Shown here: in pieces, positions 47,968-59,036 of the stretch | How the letters are laid out: every line of letters starts with the position of its first letter | Position numbering within the stretch: the stretch's first letter is position 1 | From: Malacoraja senta | Taxonomy: Eukaryota | Length of the DNA stretch: 64,000 bases | NCBI GenBank assembly: GCA_038087875.1 | Contig: JAXLNO010000548.1 | Coordinates: 62,001 to 126,000, forward strand | Direction: 5' to 3' | Made by a program: the position numbers and the translations under genes | Notes under the pieces: generated by a model | Seen by the model: the letters and a program-made list of their open reading frames with translations, nothing else | The model's database searches: none | What the model was told of the DNA's origin: nothing

Positions 47968-48240
47968 CCTGTGGAACATTGACTCCCTGCAGCAGAGTTG
48001 CATGTTCGATGTAACAGGAGAATTTTGCCACATCTTCTCTATTCAGTTGAATTGTATTCTTCAGCTGGTAAGTCCCATCCCAATTGGGCAACAGATCACT
48101 GGATTCAGACTCATGGACCCCCTCACCATCTCTCAGCCACGTTACATCAATGGCCCGTGGCTAGAAGCCTGTGACAAGGCAGGAGAGTCTCAGTGATTGC
48201 GACCCATCACGTTTAATCCCAATAAACACCTCAGGGGTTT
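47968..48240 (-). CDS. MHC class I-like exon 4, alpha3 Ig-C1 domain with an in-frame stop
   Basis: Acceptor ttgcag, donor G|GTAAGT, 273 nt. Translation ETPEVFIGIKRDGSQSLRLSCLVTGF*PRAIDVTWLRDGEGVHESESSDLLPNWDGTYQLKNTIQLNREDVAKFSCYIEHATLLQGVNVPQ contains C1-set motifs LSC.VTGF(Y)P, W, DGTYQ and C.I.H. Confidence 0.93.
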
Positions 48241-49054
48241 CTGCAAGTGTAAGAAGAGTCAGAATCAGTGAAGACATGAACAAAAGCCTTCAATTGTAAG
48301 ATCACTGCAACTCACCACTTTCCCAATCAGAGTTTTTTCTCTGGCTGAACTAAGTTTTCAGCCTAGACCCAAAATGCTGGAATAACTCAGCAGGTCAGGC
48401 AGCATTCTGGAGAGAAGGAATGCCCAGAGATGCTATCTGACCCACTGAGTTACACCAACATCTTCTATCTTCAGTGTAAACCAGCATCTGCAGTTCTATC
48501 TTGCACAAAGTTTACAGCCTTTTCTCTTTTCATTTTGCATTTCTGGCAAAACAACAAAACATTTAGCTTTAATATCACTGACATGCTCCTTATCTTAGCT
48601 CCAGACTTTAACTGACAGCACAGATGAAAGGGGAATGCAGGCCCAATGGAGGAGTATAACTCACCATTGGGATTGATACTGTAGACATGATTGCTTCTAC
48701 CTGTTCATGAATCTCTGCTGAATAATAACACTAAATATTCCAAGAGGGAATGGGAGGAAGAAGTTCTTCAAATAGAGAACTGTTGGAAATTGAATGTCAC
48801 CATCCCAAGGAGTAATAGAGGCAAATAGAGAATCTGATTGGGTTTCTGATCAGTTCAGCAACAGACCCTTCAGGCCACAAGGTCGGTGCTAAACATAAGA
48901 CCAAGATACATATTCCTCCATTTCCTGAATATCTATATGACTGTGGATAAAGGACACTGGTACAATATTTATCTTTCACTTGCACTTCCTACCCACTGGT
49001 TCCATCTAAGAGGCACGTTGCCAGACAATTTACTGATACCCACGTTGTAGAACA

Positions 49055-49345
49055 GGGTGGCGAAGCGGTGGAGCTACTGCCTTACAGCGCCAGAGACCTG
49101 GGTTTGTTACTAACTACGGGTGCTTGTCTTTACAGAGTTTGTACGTTCTCCCTGTGACCTGCGTGGGTTTTATCCGAGATCTTCGGTTTCCCCTCACACT
49201 CGAAAGACGTACAAATTTGTAGGTTAATTGGATTGGTATAAATGCAAATTGTCCCTAGTGTGTGTAGGATAGTGTTAGTGTGCGGGCATGGCTGGTCGGT
49301 GCGGTCTCGGTGGGTTTCCGCGCTGTATCTCTAAACTAAACTAAA
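49055..49345 (+). mobile_element. HE1/V-SINE-like SINE in MHC intron 3
   Basis: Head, V-core and tail present. Confidence 0.85.
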
Positions 49346-49444
49346 TAATTACTCAAGTGACAGCCTGAAGTGCATGATATTTCCCACCTGATCTATCCAG
49401 AGGATATCCTCTGGCCCATCAGTCAGAGTGCCTACGTCGTGTAC

Positions 49445-49720
49445 CTCTCCTCTGTAGTGCTTCTTGTCCACACTCCAGATATATCCGCAGCCACTTCACA
49501 CAGTCCTTCTCCAGGAGATCTTTAAAATACTTGTTCATGAAGGTGTTGACGTTCCACCGATCTGCTAGCATCTGGAAATCTGGACGTAGTGCAATCCAGC
49601 GCATTCTGTCCTTGTCAAAAGCACAGGCATCCTCCCCATCATAACCCAATCTGACAAACCCATCAGTGGAATTGTCACTGTCCACTTCACAGCCGCAGAA
49701 ACCCTGCACAAAGCAAACAG
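49445..49720 (-). CDS. MHC class I-like exon 3, alpha2 domain
   Basis: Acceptor ccccag, donor G|GTACAC, 276 nt. Translation TVCFVQGFCGCEVDSDNSTDGFVRLGYDGEDACAFDKDRMRWIALRPDFQMLADRWNVNTFMNKYFKDLLEKDCVKWLRIYLECGQEALQRR contains GCE, YDGED and C..WL..YL motifs. Confidence 0.95.
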
Positions 49721-50789
49721 CTGGGGCTGAGGTAGGGGTGGAGGATTTGTGTTGGGGAGAGTGGATGGAAGGGAGAGGCAATTTACAAATCAGTTCTCAG
49801 CATGGTACAAACAGGCATAACAGAACACAACATGGAGCTGTACAGCACAGGAGCAGGTTTAGCTCAGAGATACAGCGCGGAAACAGGCCCTTCGGCCCAC
49901 CGAGTCCGCACTGACCAGTGATCCCCGCATATTAACACTATCCTACACAGACTACTTTTCTTTTCCAGCTTTCTCCACTCTACCCCATCACTCTAAATGG
50001 TCCTGGTCTCATATGTTTTCTGTCCATTTTTCCACAGCATGCTGCCTGACTCGTTGAGTTCCTCCTGTTTGTTTTAAATTCAGATTGGCAGCATCTGCAG
50101 TTTGCTGTGACTCCATCTTAGCACAATGGATGATCAATGTGGATTCAGTGAGCAGAAGGGCCGGTTTCCATGATGTGTGACTCAATGACCCATGGTCTAT
50201 ATACTGAGGGCATGGACTAACCTCAAGTGTTATGGGGGGGAGCTTTACTGTTGCGGATGTAACACTAAAGGAGTTCTGCTGTGTCAGAAGGGTGGAACTC
50301 AGATTCTGCACTGTCGTACATAAAGAACAGAGGAAGAAGTGCATTGTCAGATGGGCAATGCTACAGAGCCAACAGGTCAGTCTGAAGGTTAAGGCAATGC
50401 AGATGGGAAGTACATCAAGGCTGTTGCACTGTGTGGGATTGCTACACCCTCTGAGGATTGTTGCCAATATTGAGGGGATGCTGGATTAACACAATATTAT
50501 TACTGAGGGAATACCTCATAGTCACCATCAACCAGCTTAAATCAAGATCCCATCTCTAGATGATCAGGCTATAAATAAACTAATGGTTTCTCCCTCATTC
50601 CAGCCCAACAAAACAGATGATCCAATCCATCCACTTATTACTGGTGTTGAATATCAAATGCTTAACCCATAAAGAGACTATCACCAGCCAACTGTTATGA
50701 CTGTGTGTTCAGCAGTTAGGACACATTAAATATAGACGATGGGCCGTGTCTCTATCAAAATGTGATGGAGTAAATGTCTGAAACAGCAT

Positions 50790-51300
50790 CAATGGTGCTG
50801 AAGTGAAAAAGGTTGAGAGTTTCTGGTTCCCCTACTGCCTCAGGAGACTAAGGAAATGCGGCATCTCCAATGACTCTTACAAACTTCTACAAATGTGCCA
50901 TAGAAAGCATACTGACAGGTTGCATCACAACTTAGTTTGGAAAGAGTTCTGCCCAAGACCGCTGGAAATGGCAGAGAGGTGGAGATGTAGCACAGTCGAT
51001 CACACAAACATGATTCCCCACCAGTGAATCCATCTGTATTTCAACTGGTTCAGGAAAGCAGACAACATAATCAAAGATTCATCCCGTTCTGGTCACTCCT
51101 TCTTCCTGCAGAAGGTACGTAAGCATTAAAGCGTGCACCACCAGACTCAGTAACTGTTTCCTCCCCTATGTTATCAGGTTTCTGAACAGTCCTCCCTTAT
51201 GCTAGGGTTCACCTCAACCCCATTGTAGACACTGGACTTTGTCTCTGGCACTGGTACATTACAATGCTGAGAACTACATTCTGCACTCTTTGCTCTACCT
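50790..51300 (+). mobile_element. Rex1/Babar-type LINE fragment in MHC intron 2
   Basis: KKVESF.., YCLRRLRKCG, and CAIESILTGCIT.W.GK-like sequence. Confidence 0.7.
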
Positions 51301-51464
51301 ATTGTACGAGTTTGGTTTGATTGTATTTATGAATAGTTTTCTTTGATGTGATTGACTAACGCAAAAAAAGTGTATCAGAGAATCATGTGTCAACAATAAA
51401 ACTAAAACAAAATCCATCTGTGTCATCACTGGGTGTCTACCCCAGGTCCGCTCACGACACTTAC

Positions 51465-51725
51465 TCGAGATACCATGTTGCTGTTGGTAGACTATCTCAG
51501 CATTTCCTCTGACAATCCCATGAAAACCTGCAACTGTGATGGCCATTGAATCCCAGTGATCCTGCGGGAAAGACTGGGCCATCCATCGCTGTCTGGGAAC
51601 AGCCCGCTCTAGTGTGCTGTCAAAATATGCTATCTGGACGTCATCCAGCATTGCTACCATACTGTACTCAGGCAGCTCATTCAATCCATGGTTCAACAGG
51701 TAGTAAAATGCAAGATGGTGTAAAT
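51465..51725 (-). CDS. MHC class I-like exon 2, alpha1 domain
   Basis: Acceptor ttgcag, donor A|GTAAGT, 261 nt. Translation DLHHLAFYYLLNHGLNELPEYSMVAMLDDVQIAYFDSTLERAVPRQRWMAQSFPQDHWDSMAITVAGFHGIVRGNAEIVYQQQHGIS contains the class I alpha1 motifs PEY/F, D..QI.YFDS, PRQ.WM and WD. Confidence 0.93.
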
Positions 51726-51915
51726 CTGCAATGCATAAACAAAAATAAGTATGATTGTATCATTCACTGAAAATAACTAAGTTATTAATGCTAAAACTGA
51801 TAACAATACAATAACTTTGAATAAGGGAGTCACAAGGACCTGCAGATGCAAGTGCTGGATGAACTCAGTGGGGCAGGCAGCATCAATGATCAGGTGACAA
51901 TTTGGGTCAGGATCC

Positions 51916-52222
51916 TTTAGTTTAGTTTTTAGCTTAGAGATACAGCATGGAAACAGGCCCTTCGTGCGAGTCCACACTGACCAGCAACCCCCACACAATA
52001 ACACTATCCTACACACACTAGGGACAATTTACATTCTAGACCAAGCCAATTAACCTACAAACCTATACGTCTTTGGAATGTGGGAAGAATCCGAACATCT
52101 CGGGAAAAACCCACACGGTAATGGGGAGAATGGACAAACTCCGTACAGACAGCATCCGTAATCAGGATCCAACCTGGGTCTATGGTGCTGTAATCGAGTA
52201 AGTCTACCGCTGCACCACTGAG
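51916..52222 (-). mobile_element. HE1/V-SINE-like SINE in MHC intron 1
   Basis: Family consensus in reverse orientation. Confidence 0.8.
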
Positions 52223-55200
52223 CCTTCTTCAAGAGTTGGCATGATGGGCTCTGATACCTACTCCACCAATTATGGTCGAGGTATTGAATGATCCTACTGG
52301 ATTGTTTCCCATCTTCAAAGATCTATTATTGTCTATCATGTCGATAGGTTCTACTAGTTACAATATTCCAAAATTTGAAGAATATTTTATTATATTAAGA
52401 AACTGGACAATGTCAAGGAGACTTTATAGAATCATAGAGAGGTAAAGTCAAAGAGTCATACAGCAGGGAATCAGGGCCTATGGCTCAACTTGCCACACCA
52501 ACCAACATGCCTCATCTACACTGCCTGTATTTCATCAGTACATAAGTTCTAGGAGAATAATTAGGCCATTCAGCCCATCGGCCATTCAATCATGGCTGAG
52601 CTATCTCTCCCTATCAACCACATTCTCCTGCCTGCACCCCATAACCCTTGAAACCCATACTGATCAAGAATCTGTTAATCTCCACCTGAGAAATATCCAT
52701 TGATGTGGGCTCTACAGCTGACTGAGGCCCATATCCTTATAAGCCTATCCTATCCATGTACCTGATTAAATGTTTCTTAAATGTCGTGATAGTACGCGCC
52801 TGAACTACCTTCTCCGGCAGTTCATTCAGTACACCCACCACCCTTTGTGTAACAATGCTATGCCTCAGGTTCCTATTAAATCATTCCCCCCTCATCTTAA
52901 ACTTATGTCCACTGGGTACAGCACATAAAAGGCCCTTTAGCCCACCAAGTTCGTGGTGACCATCAAACACCTATTTATACCTGTGGTACGCTAACCCTTT
53001 TAATATTTGCCAATCTCCCATTAACACCTCCCTCATCCCCTCCACCAATTCTAATACATATGCATGACCAATTCACACTGGCCAATTTACCTTTCAGCCC
53101 GGCATTTTGGGGACGTGCGGGGAAACTGGAATAACCATAGCAAACACACGTTTGCAGGGGAAAAAAAAAGCCAGGTTGTAAGAGATCAGGATTGAGTCCA
53201 GGTCCTCATAGGCAGCTTCAACACAGCTCATAGAGATGGGGGGGGGGGGGGGGGGGGTGGTGGAGACTGAGATAAACAGGGCCTAAATTGAAACTCGACA
53301 CAAAATACTGGAGTAACTCAGTGGGTCAGGCAGCATCTCCGGAGAAAAGGAAAAGGTGACGTTTCGTGTCGAGACCCTTCTTCAGAATGAGAGTCAGGGG
53401 ACAGAGAACCGAGAGATATGACAAAGTACAATGAAATATATGCACCCCCGACTCTGTCTGATGCAGTGTCTTGACCTGAAACTCCACCTATTCCTTTTCT
53501 CCAGCGATGCTGCCTGACTTGCTGAGTTACTCCAGCCTTTTGTATCTATCTTCGGTGTAAACCAGCATCTGCATCAGCAGTCAGAAGAAGGGTCTCGACC
53601 CGAAACGTCACCCATACCTTCTCTCTAGGGATGCTGCCTGTGCCGCTGAGTTACTCCAGCTTTATTGTCTATCTTCGGTTTAAATCAGCTTCTGCAGTTC
53701 CTTCTTACACATCTGCACTTCCTTCCTACACTTGTGTCAACTGAAACATCACCTAACCATGTTCTCCAGACATACTGCCTGACCTGCTGAATTACTCCAG
53801 TATTTTATGTGTATTAACCAGCATGTGCAGTTTCTTGTTTCCACATGCATAAGCAGTATTTGTTCTGTGATAAAGATTACATGCAGCACACCAGACAGTG
53901 TCAAAGTTCATGTGTTTAAGTGAAGTGAGAAGGGGCCCCGAGGGCAGAGTTAGAAGTGTCTGTTTCAGTGTTACCAGGAGAAACATAAGACGGCTAAGAG
54001 TGGAATACAGTAACGATAAAATCCATGTGGCTTCCCAAAACACTCCACAGCCAAGGATTTTTGTTTTATATGTTATTATTTCAACATGGCCATCACCATT
54101 ATATGGTTTCGGCCCGAAACGTTGCCTATTTCCTTCGCTCCATAGATGCTGCTGCACCCGCTGAGTTTCTCCAGCATTTTTGTGTACCTTCGATTTTCCA
54201 GCATCTGCAGTTCCTTCTTTAACACCATTATATTTACTTTCATTTGATAACAATGGGATGAAACTTTCAGGACGAGTAGGTTTGTAATCTCCAAGCCTTG
54301 ACGAATGTCAGAATAGTTAGAAAGGTACCATTGTGTGGGAAGAAATTGCTCATCAGATTCCCATTCAATCTTTCCCCCCTCAATTTAAACCTATGTCCTC
54401 TGGTTCTCGATTCTGTAATCTGTTGAATATGTTGCCCACTTGAAAATTTCCAGATTGAGATTGATAGATTTTTGTTCATTAAGGGTGTAATGGGCTGGAG
54501 TTCGGCCACAATGTCTGTGCCGAACATGATGTCAAGTTCAACTAAACTCTTCATGCTTGTAGATGATTCATATCCCTCAATTCCCTGCATATCTACGTGC
54601 CTATCCTCAAGCTTCTTAAATCTCATTATCGTCTTCTGGGGAAGTGGTGATGGGGTAATGGATAGGGTCTGCAGGACAGGAAGCATGCAACAAACAACAA
54701 GATGGCAACAACATTAACACAACATTGATTGGTCATTTAATGCAGGCTGAATTTTACCACCATGTGGGTGTCTAACACCAGCTGAGGAAATCTTGGAGAG
54801 GTGGAACACCTACTAATGCAGAAGTCACTTCTTTATTGAAAGTGCACATTACCTGAATTCTGTCTGAGGCATTAGTGCAAGGACAGATTGGACAAACATG
54901 GATTGTTTTCTCTTGTATACTGGACGTTGAAGGGAGACCTGATGAAAGTGCACAACATGGTGAGAGGCACAGACAGAGTGGACAGCCAGAACCTTTTTCC
55001 CAGGGTGGAAATGTTGAAGACCAGAGAACATCACTTTAAGGTTGGAGAAGCAATGTTCAAAGGAGATGAGCGGAGCAAGTTGTTTTATGTGGAGGGTGGT
55101 GGACATCTGTAACGCGCTGCCAGTGGTGGTTGTGGTGATGGTGGCAGATATAACAGTTACATTTCAGAGGCTTTTAGATAGGTACATAGATAGGCAGGGA

Positions 55201-55330
55201 ATGGCCGGATACAGATCACATACAGGTAGAGGAGATTAGTTTAGTTTGTTCGGCACAGACATTGTGGGCCGAAGGTAGACAAAATGCTGAGGTAACAGCG
55301 GGTCAGGCAGCATCTCTGGAGAAAAGGAAC

Positions 55331-55366
55331 GGGTGACGTTTCGGGTCGAGACCCTTCTTCAGACTG
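55331..55366 (-). ncRNA. Minimal hammerhead ribozyme motif in a Penelope terminal repeat (best-preserved copy)
   Basis: CAGT-CTGAAGA-A-GGGTC-TC-GACCC-GAAAC-GTC-ACCC gives the CUGANGA core, stem II, GAAA, a palindromic minimal stem III (AC/GT) and a GUC cleavage triplet. Confidence 0.7.
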
Positions 55367-55665
55367 AAGGACTGAAGGACCTGCTCCTGTGCTGTATTGT
55401 ACTATGTTCTATGTTCATTATTTACATGTATTCAGTTCTTCTGTTCAATGGATTGCCAAGGTAACCATAGTATATATAACTTCCCACAGGAGCCTTTACA
55501 ACTAAGGAAAGACCGTTACCCAAAATTATTAATACATTCAATTCAATCATTCAATTAATACATCCAAGACAATGAACCCAGGGCAAACACAGGCACTGTG
55601 CAACAGTAAATATAATCAGTTTTGTTGTTTCCTCAAAGTTCACAGGTTGAAGCAGTATTGCTTAC

Positions 55666-55717
55666 CAGAGGAGACAGTGGCCACACCGTAAGTGTTCAGT
55701 AAGGTAAAAAGAAGCAT
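55666..55717 (-). CDS. MHC class I-like exon 1, signal peptide MLLFTLLNTYGVATVSS
   Basis: ATG with A at -3, 17 mostly hydrophobic codons + 1 nt, donor G|GTAAGC. Phase 1 matches the alpha1 exon. An in-frame TAG lies 21 nt upstream and the X-Y promoter module lies directly upstream. Confidence 0.8.
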
Positions 55718-55820
55718 GTTTAACAGCCGCCCACAGCACTATTTAACCAGCAGAGTAAATGCAGCAACAGTAACATAATCTCTTGTACGTTTTTAACAGA
55801 ACTCTGGTGTGAAGGTAATT

Positions 55821-55922
55821 ATTGGTCCATGTATACACAAACCTGATAACCAGATCCAATGGGAATGAGACCACTTGTTCTCGTCACTAATTACCAGTGA
55901 ATACAGTTTACGGATTGGGTTT
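55821..55922 (-). promoter_or_regulatory. SXY-type MHC promoter module: X1-like ACTGGTAAT, X2 TGACG, Y box ATTGG, downstream CCAAT
   Basis: In gene sense: AAACCC (55922-55917, tentative S box), ACTGGTAAT (55898-55890), TGACG (55886-55882), a 21-nt spacer ending CTCATTCCC, ATTGG (55860-55856), CCAAT (55825-55821). Order and spacing match HLA class I promoters as I recall them. Confidence 0.7.
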
Positions 55923-57479
55923 TATGGTAGGGATTATATTGGTGTTTTAAGGACAACAATTACAAAATCATATTTCACATAGCATCTTACAGCCGAATAG
56001 ATGTTTCTCAAAGTATAATGATTTTACAATTCAGAATGCAGTCAATTCCACAAACTGCAGTGTTAGATAAACCAGATAGTCTACTTTACTGTGTAGGAAG
56101 GAACTGCAGATGCTTGTTTTACTGTAGGCAGATGCAAAAAGCTGGAGTAACTCAGCGGGTCAGGCAGCATTTCTGGGGGAAAGGAATAGGTGACATTTCG
56201 GGAAGGGTCTCAACACAAATCGTCACCTTTTCCTTTTTCCCAGAAGTGCTGCCTGACCTGCTGAGTTACTCCATCTTTTTATAAGCATAGAAAATAGGTG
56301 CATGAGGAGGCCCTTCGGCCCTTCGAGCCAGCACTGCCATTCATGGTGATCATGGCTGATCGTCCCCAATCAATGCCTGCCTTCTCCCCGTATCCCTTGA
56401 TTCCACCAGCCTCTAGAGCTCTATCTAACATTTTTGTGTCTGTCTTTAGTCCACTTTACTGTTATTGCTTAAGTAATAAAAATTGGACAATGCATGTGTA
56501 ATAATTTCCCAGCCCTTATTTGAGGTAATACCATGCGTCTTTTTTTTCAGCTGGGAGGAGAGACATGAGCTCAGTTTAAAGTTGTGTCTAGGTGTAAATG
56601 TGCAGCTCAGTCTCAACATCAGTGCAGAAATCTCTCATTGAGCCTTCTGTTAATACATGGCCCTTTACACCATGTCCCACTCACCTGAAAACTATGCTCT
56701 CCGTTACTTTATATTTACACCCTGTGGAAAAGATTCTGACTCTCTATCCCATCTATGCCTCTCATAGTTTTATATACTTTTATCAACCTCCAGCATTCTA
56801 GCGATTACAATCTAAGTCTGTCCAACCTCTCCTTCCAGCTAATATCTAATCTGTGCATCATTCTGGCAAACCACCTCTGCACAAATTCCATGCTTCCAAA
56901 TTCATCCTGCATTGGGGCAACCAGAAATGCTGATAATATTCTAAAAGTGGCCTATCTGAAGTTCTATTCTCCGACCAGTCTGACTGTCCCCCTGATTAAA
57001 AATTATCTATGTATGCTTCGTTCACACCTACTCCTGGCTAATAATGATCTATTCTACATTTTCCTTGAACTACATCTCATTTGATGTCATTCTTTCATAC
57101 CTTACACTTCCTTATCTCCATGTCTCCCTTTCCTCTTCAGCCTGAAGGGACTCAACCAGAAATGTCAGCCATTCCTTCTATCCAGAGATGCTGCCTGTCC
57201 CACTGAGTTACTCCAGCATTTTGTGTCTATCTTTGAAGTTCCATAAAGCAGCATATGACTTCCTGACTCTTATACTCAATGTTATGAATAGTGTCTTTAC
57301 CACTCTGGCTTTCAATTGATTGAAGGCGGAAAGGAGCCAAAGAATTATATAGCAAAAAATCTCTGTGGTGGGACTGGAACAGAATGTTTTTTTTTAAAGC
57401 AAAAAAATCAAGGATATTGTTCAATAAAAAAGTAAAATATTTCTTTTCCCGGTATGGCGGGACTAACATATGATGAAAG

Positions 57480-57870
57480 AATGGACTGACTGGGCTTATA
57501 TTCACTGGAATTTAGGATGAGATGGGATCTTATAGACGCATATAAAATTCTTAAGGGATTGGACAGTTAGATGCAGGAAAAATGTTCCCGATATTGGGGG
57601 GAGTCCAGAACCAGGAGTCACAGTTTACGAGTAAAGGGTAGGCCATTTAGGAATGAGATGAAGAAAAACGCTTTCACCCAGATAGTTGTGAATCTGTGGA
57701 ATTCTCTGCCACAGAAGGCAGTGGAGGCCAATTCACTCGATGTCTTCAAGAGAGAGTTAGATCTTAGGGCTACAGAATCAAGGGATATGGGGAGAAAGCA
57801 GGAACAGGGTATTGATTCTGGATGCTCAGCCATGATCATATTGAATGACGGTGCTGGCTTGAAGGCCATA
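57480..57870 (+). mobile_element. CR1 LINE 3' fragment
   Basis: RTRSHSLRVKGRPFRNEMKKNAFTQIVVNLWNSLP. Confidence 0.85.
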
Positions 57871-58726
57871 ATTTTCTACTCCTGCACCTGCTTTCTCTGT
57901 TTCTATATTGCTGCAGATGGATTGTTAAACGTCCATTCTTTTAAAAGTTCTGCCCCAGTGACTAAAATGCAACAGGTTGTTCATGCCGAGGAATTTGAAG
58001 TTCTTCACCATTCCCACTTCAGCACTCGCACTTCTACAGTATTGATTCTGACTTCAATGTTTCAATGATTCTTTATTGTCACTTATGCACTGCACAGTGA
58101 AATTCTTGCTCCCGTCGCCGTAATTTGGCAGTATTTACAAAAGAAAAAGAAAAAGTCCAATGTCCGGTCCGTATGTTGGATTTACTGGAGCGCCCCCGAT
58201 CCACGTAAGCTCAGTTAAACCCCAGGCTATTGCCAGGGGGGCCTCCTCCGTCACCCTCGACCAGCTCGGCCAGCCAACAGACGTCCCTCTCCTCGCCCAA
58301 CTGGCTCTGTGTCCCGGGAGGCAACTCCTCTCCTGGAGGTAATACCTCAGTCCCTCTCTTAGCGGCCCATTCCTTGCGTCCGTCGGCGGCAGCGGCTCCC
58401 TCCTCCACGACTCTCCGGGTTTCGGGGCCAAGCTCAGCAGCTTCCACCGGGTTGCTCTTCACACCGGCGAACCAAACCTGCCGCCACATATGGCTGCAGG
58501 CGACCGGCCGAGTCCATCTTCGTTCTCGGCGGCCGCCTGGTCGATTCGTGTTGGGTTCCGTGGGGCGATCCGTGGTCATTTTCTTCTGCCGCTGCGGTGC
58601 ATCCCAGAAGCTTATGGCTTGTACACCATCTTCCTTCCAGCAGTCGATAACTAGCTCCTTCAAATTCACCTTGCTGACATTGAGGGAGAGATTGGAGATT
58701 CTGCAATAGAATAGTGAACATATTTA

Positions 58727-59036
58727 GGGGTGGCACAATGGCGCAGCGGTGGAGCTGCTGTCTTACAGCGCCAGAGACCCGGGTTCGATCCTGACAACGG
58801 GTGCTGTCAGTAAGGTGTTTGTACGTTCTCCCCGTGATCACATGGGATTTCTCCGGGAGCTCTGATTTCCTCCCACACTCCAAAGACATACAGGTTTGTA
58901 AGTTATTGTCCTTCGGTAAAAACAATGGTAAATTGTCTCACCTGTGTCGGATGGTGCTGGTTTATGGGGATCGCTGGTCGGCGCGGACTCAGTAGGATGA
59001 AGGGACTATTTCAGCGCTGTATCTCTAAAACTAAAC
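58727..59036 (+). mobile_element. HE1/V-SINE-like SINE
   Basis: Near-consensus copy. Confidence 0.88.

Larger units (their letters stand above)
39946..55717 (-). pseudogene. Divergent (non-classical) MHC class I heavy-chain gene, 5 coding exons, with a premature stop in alpha3 (pseudogene, null allele or truncated isoform)
   Basis: Manual splicing of five exons, all with GT-AG sites and phase-1 junctions, gives leader + alpha1 + alpha2 + Ig-C1 alpha3 + TM/cytoplasmic tail, 360 aa if the stop is repaired. In-frame TAG at 48163-48161. Confidence 0.9.

Noticed and set aside
48665-48714. Extra 50-nt exon in MHC intron 3 (cagcag ... ATG|GTGAGT)
   Set aside because: It has good splice signals, but a length not divisible by 3 would frameshift alpha3 and the peptide has no recognisable similarity. 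At most it is a cryptic exon.
55921-56090. ISRE / NF-kappaB enhancer A upstream of the MHC S-X-Y module
   Set aside because: Only a weak ATTTCACAT is present, with no GGGRNNYYCC or full TTTCNNTTTC match.
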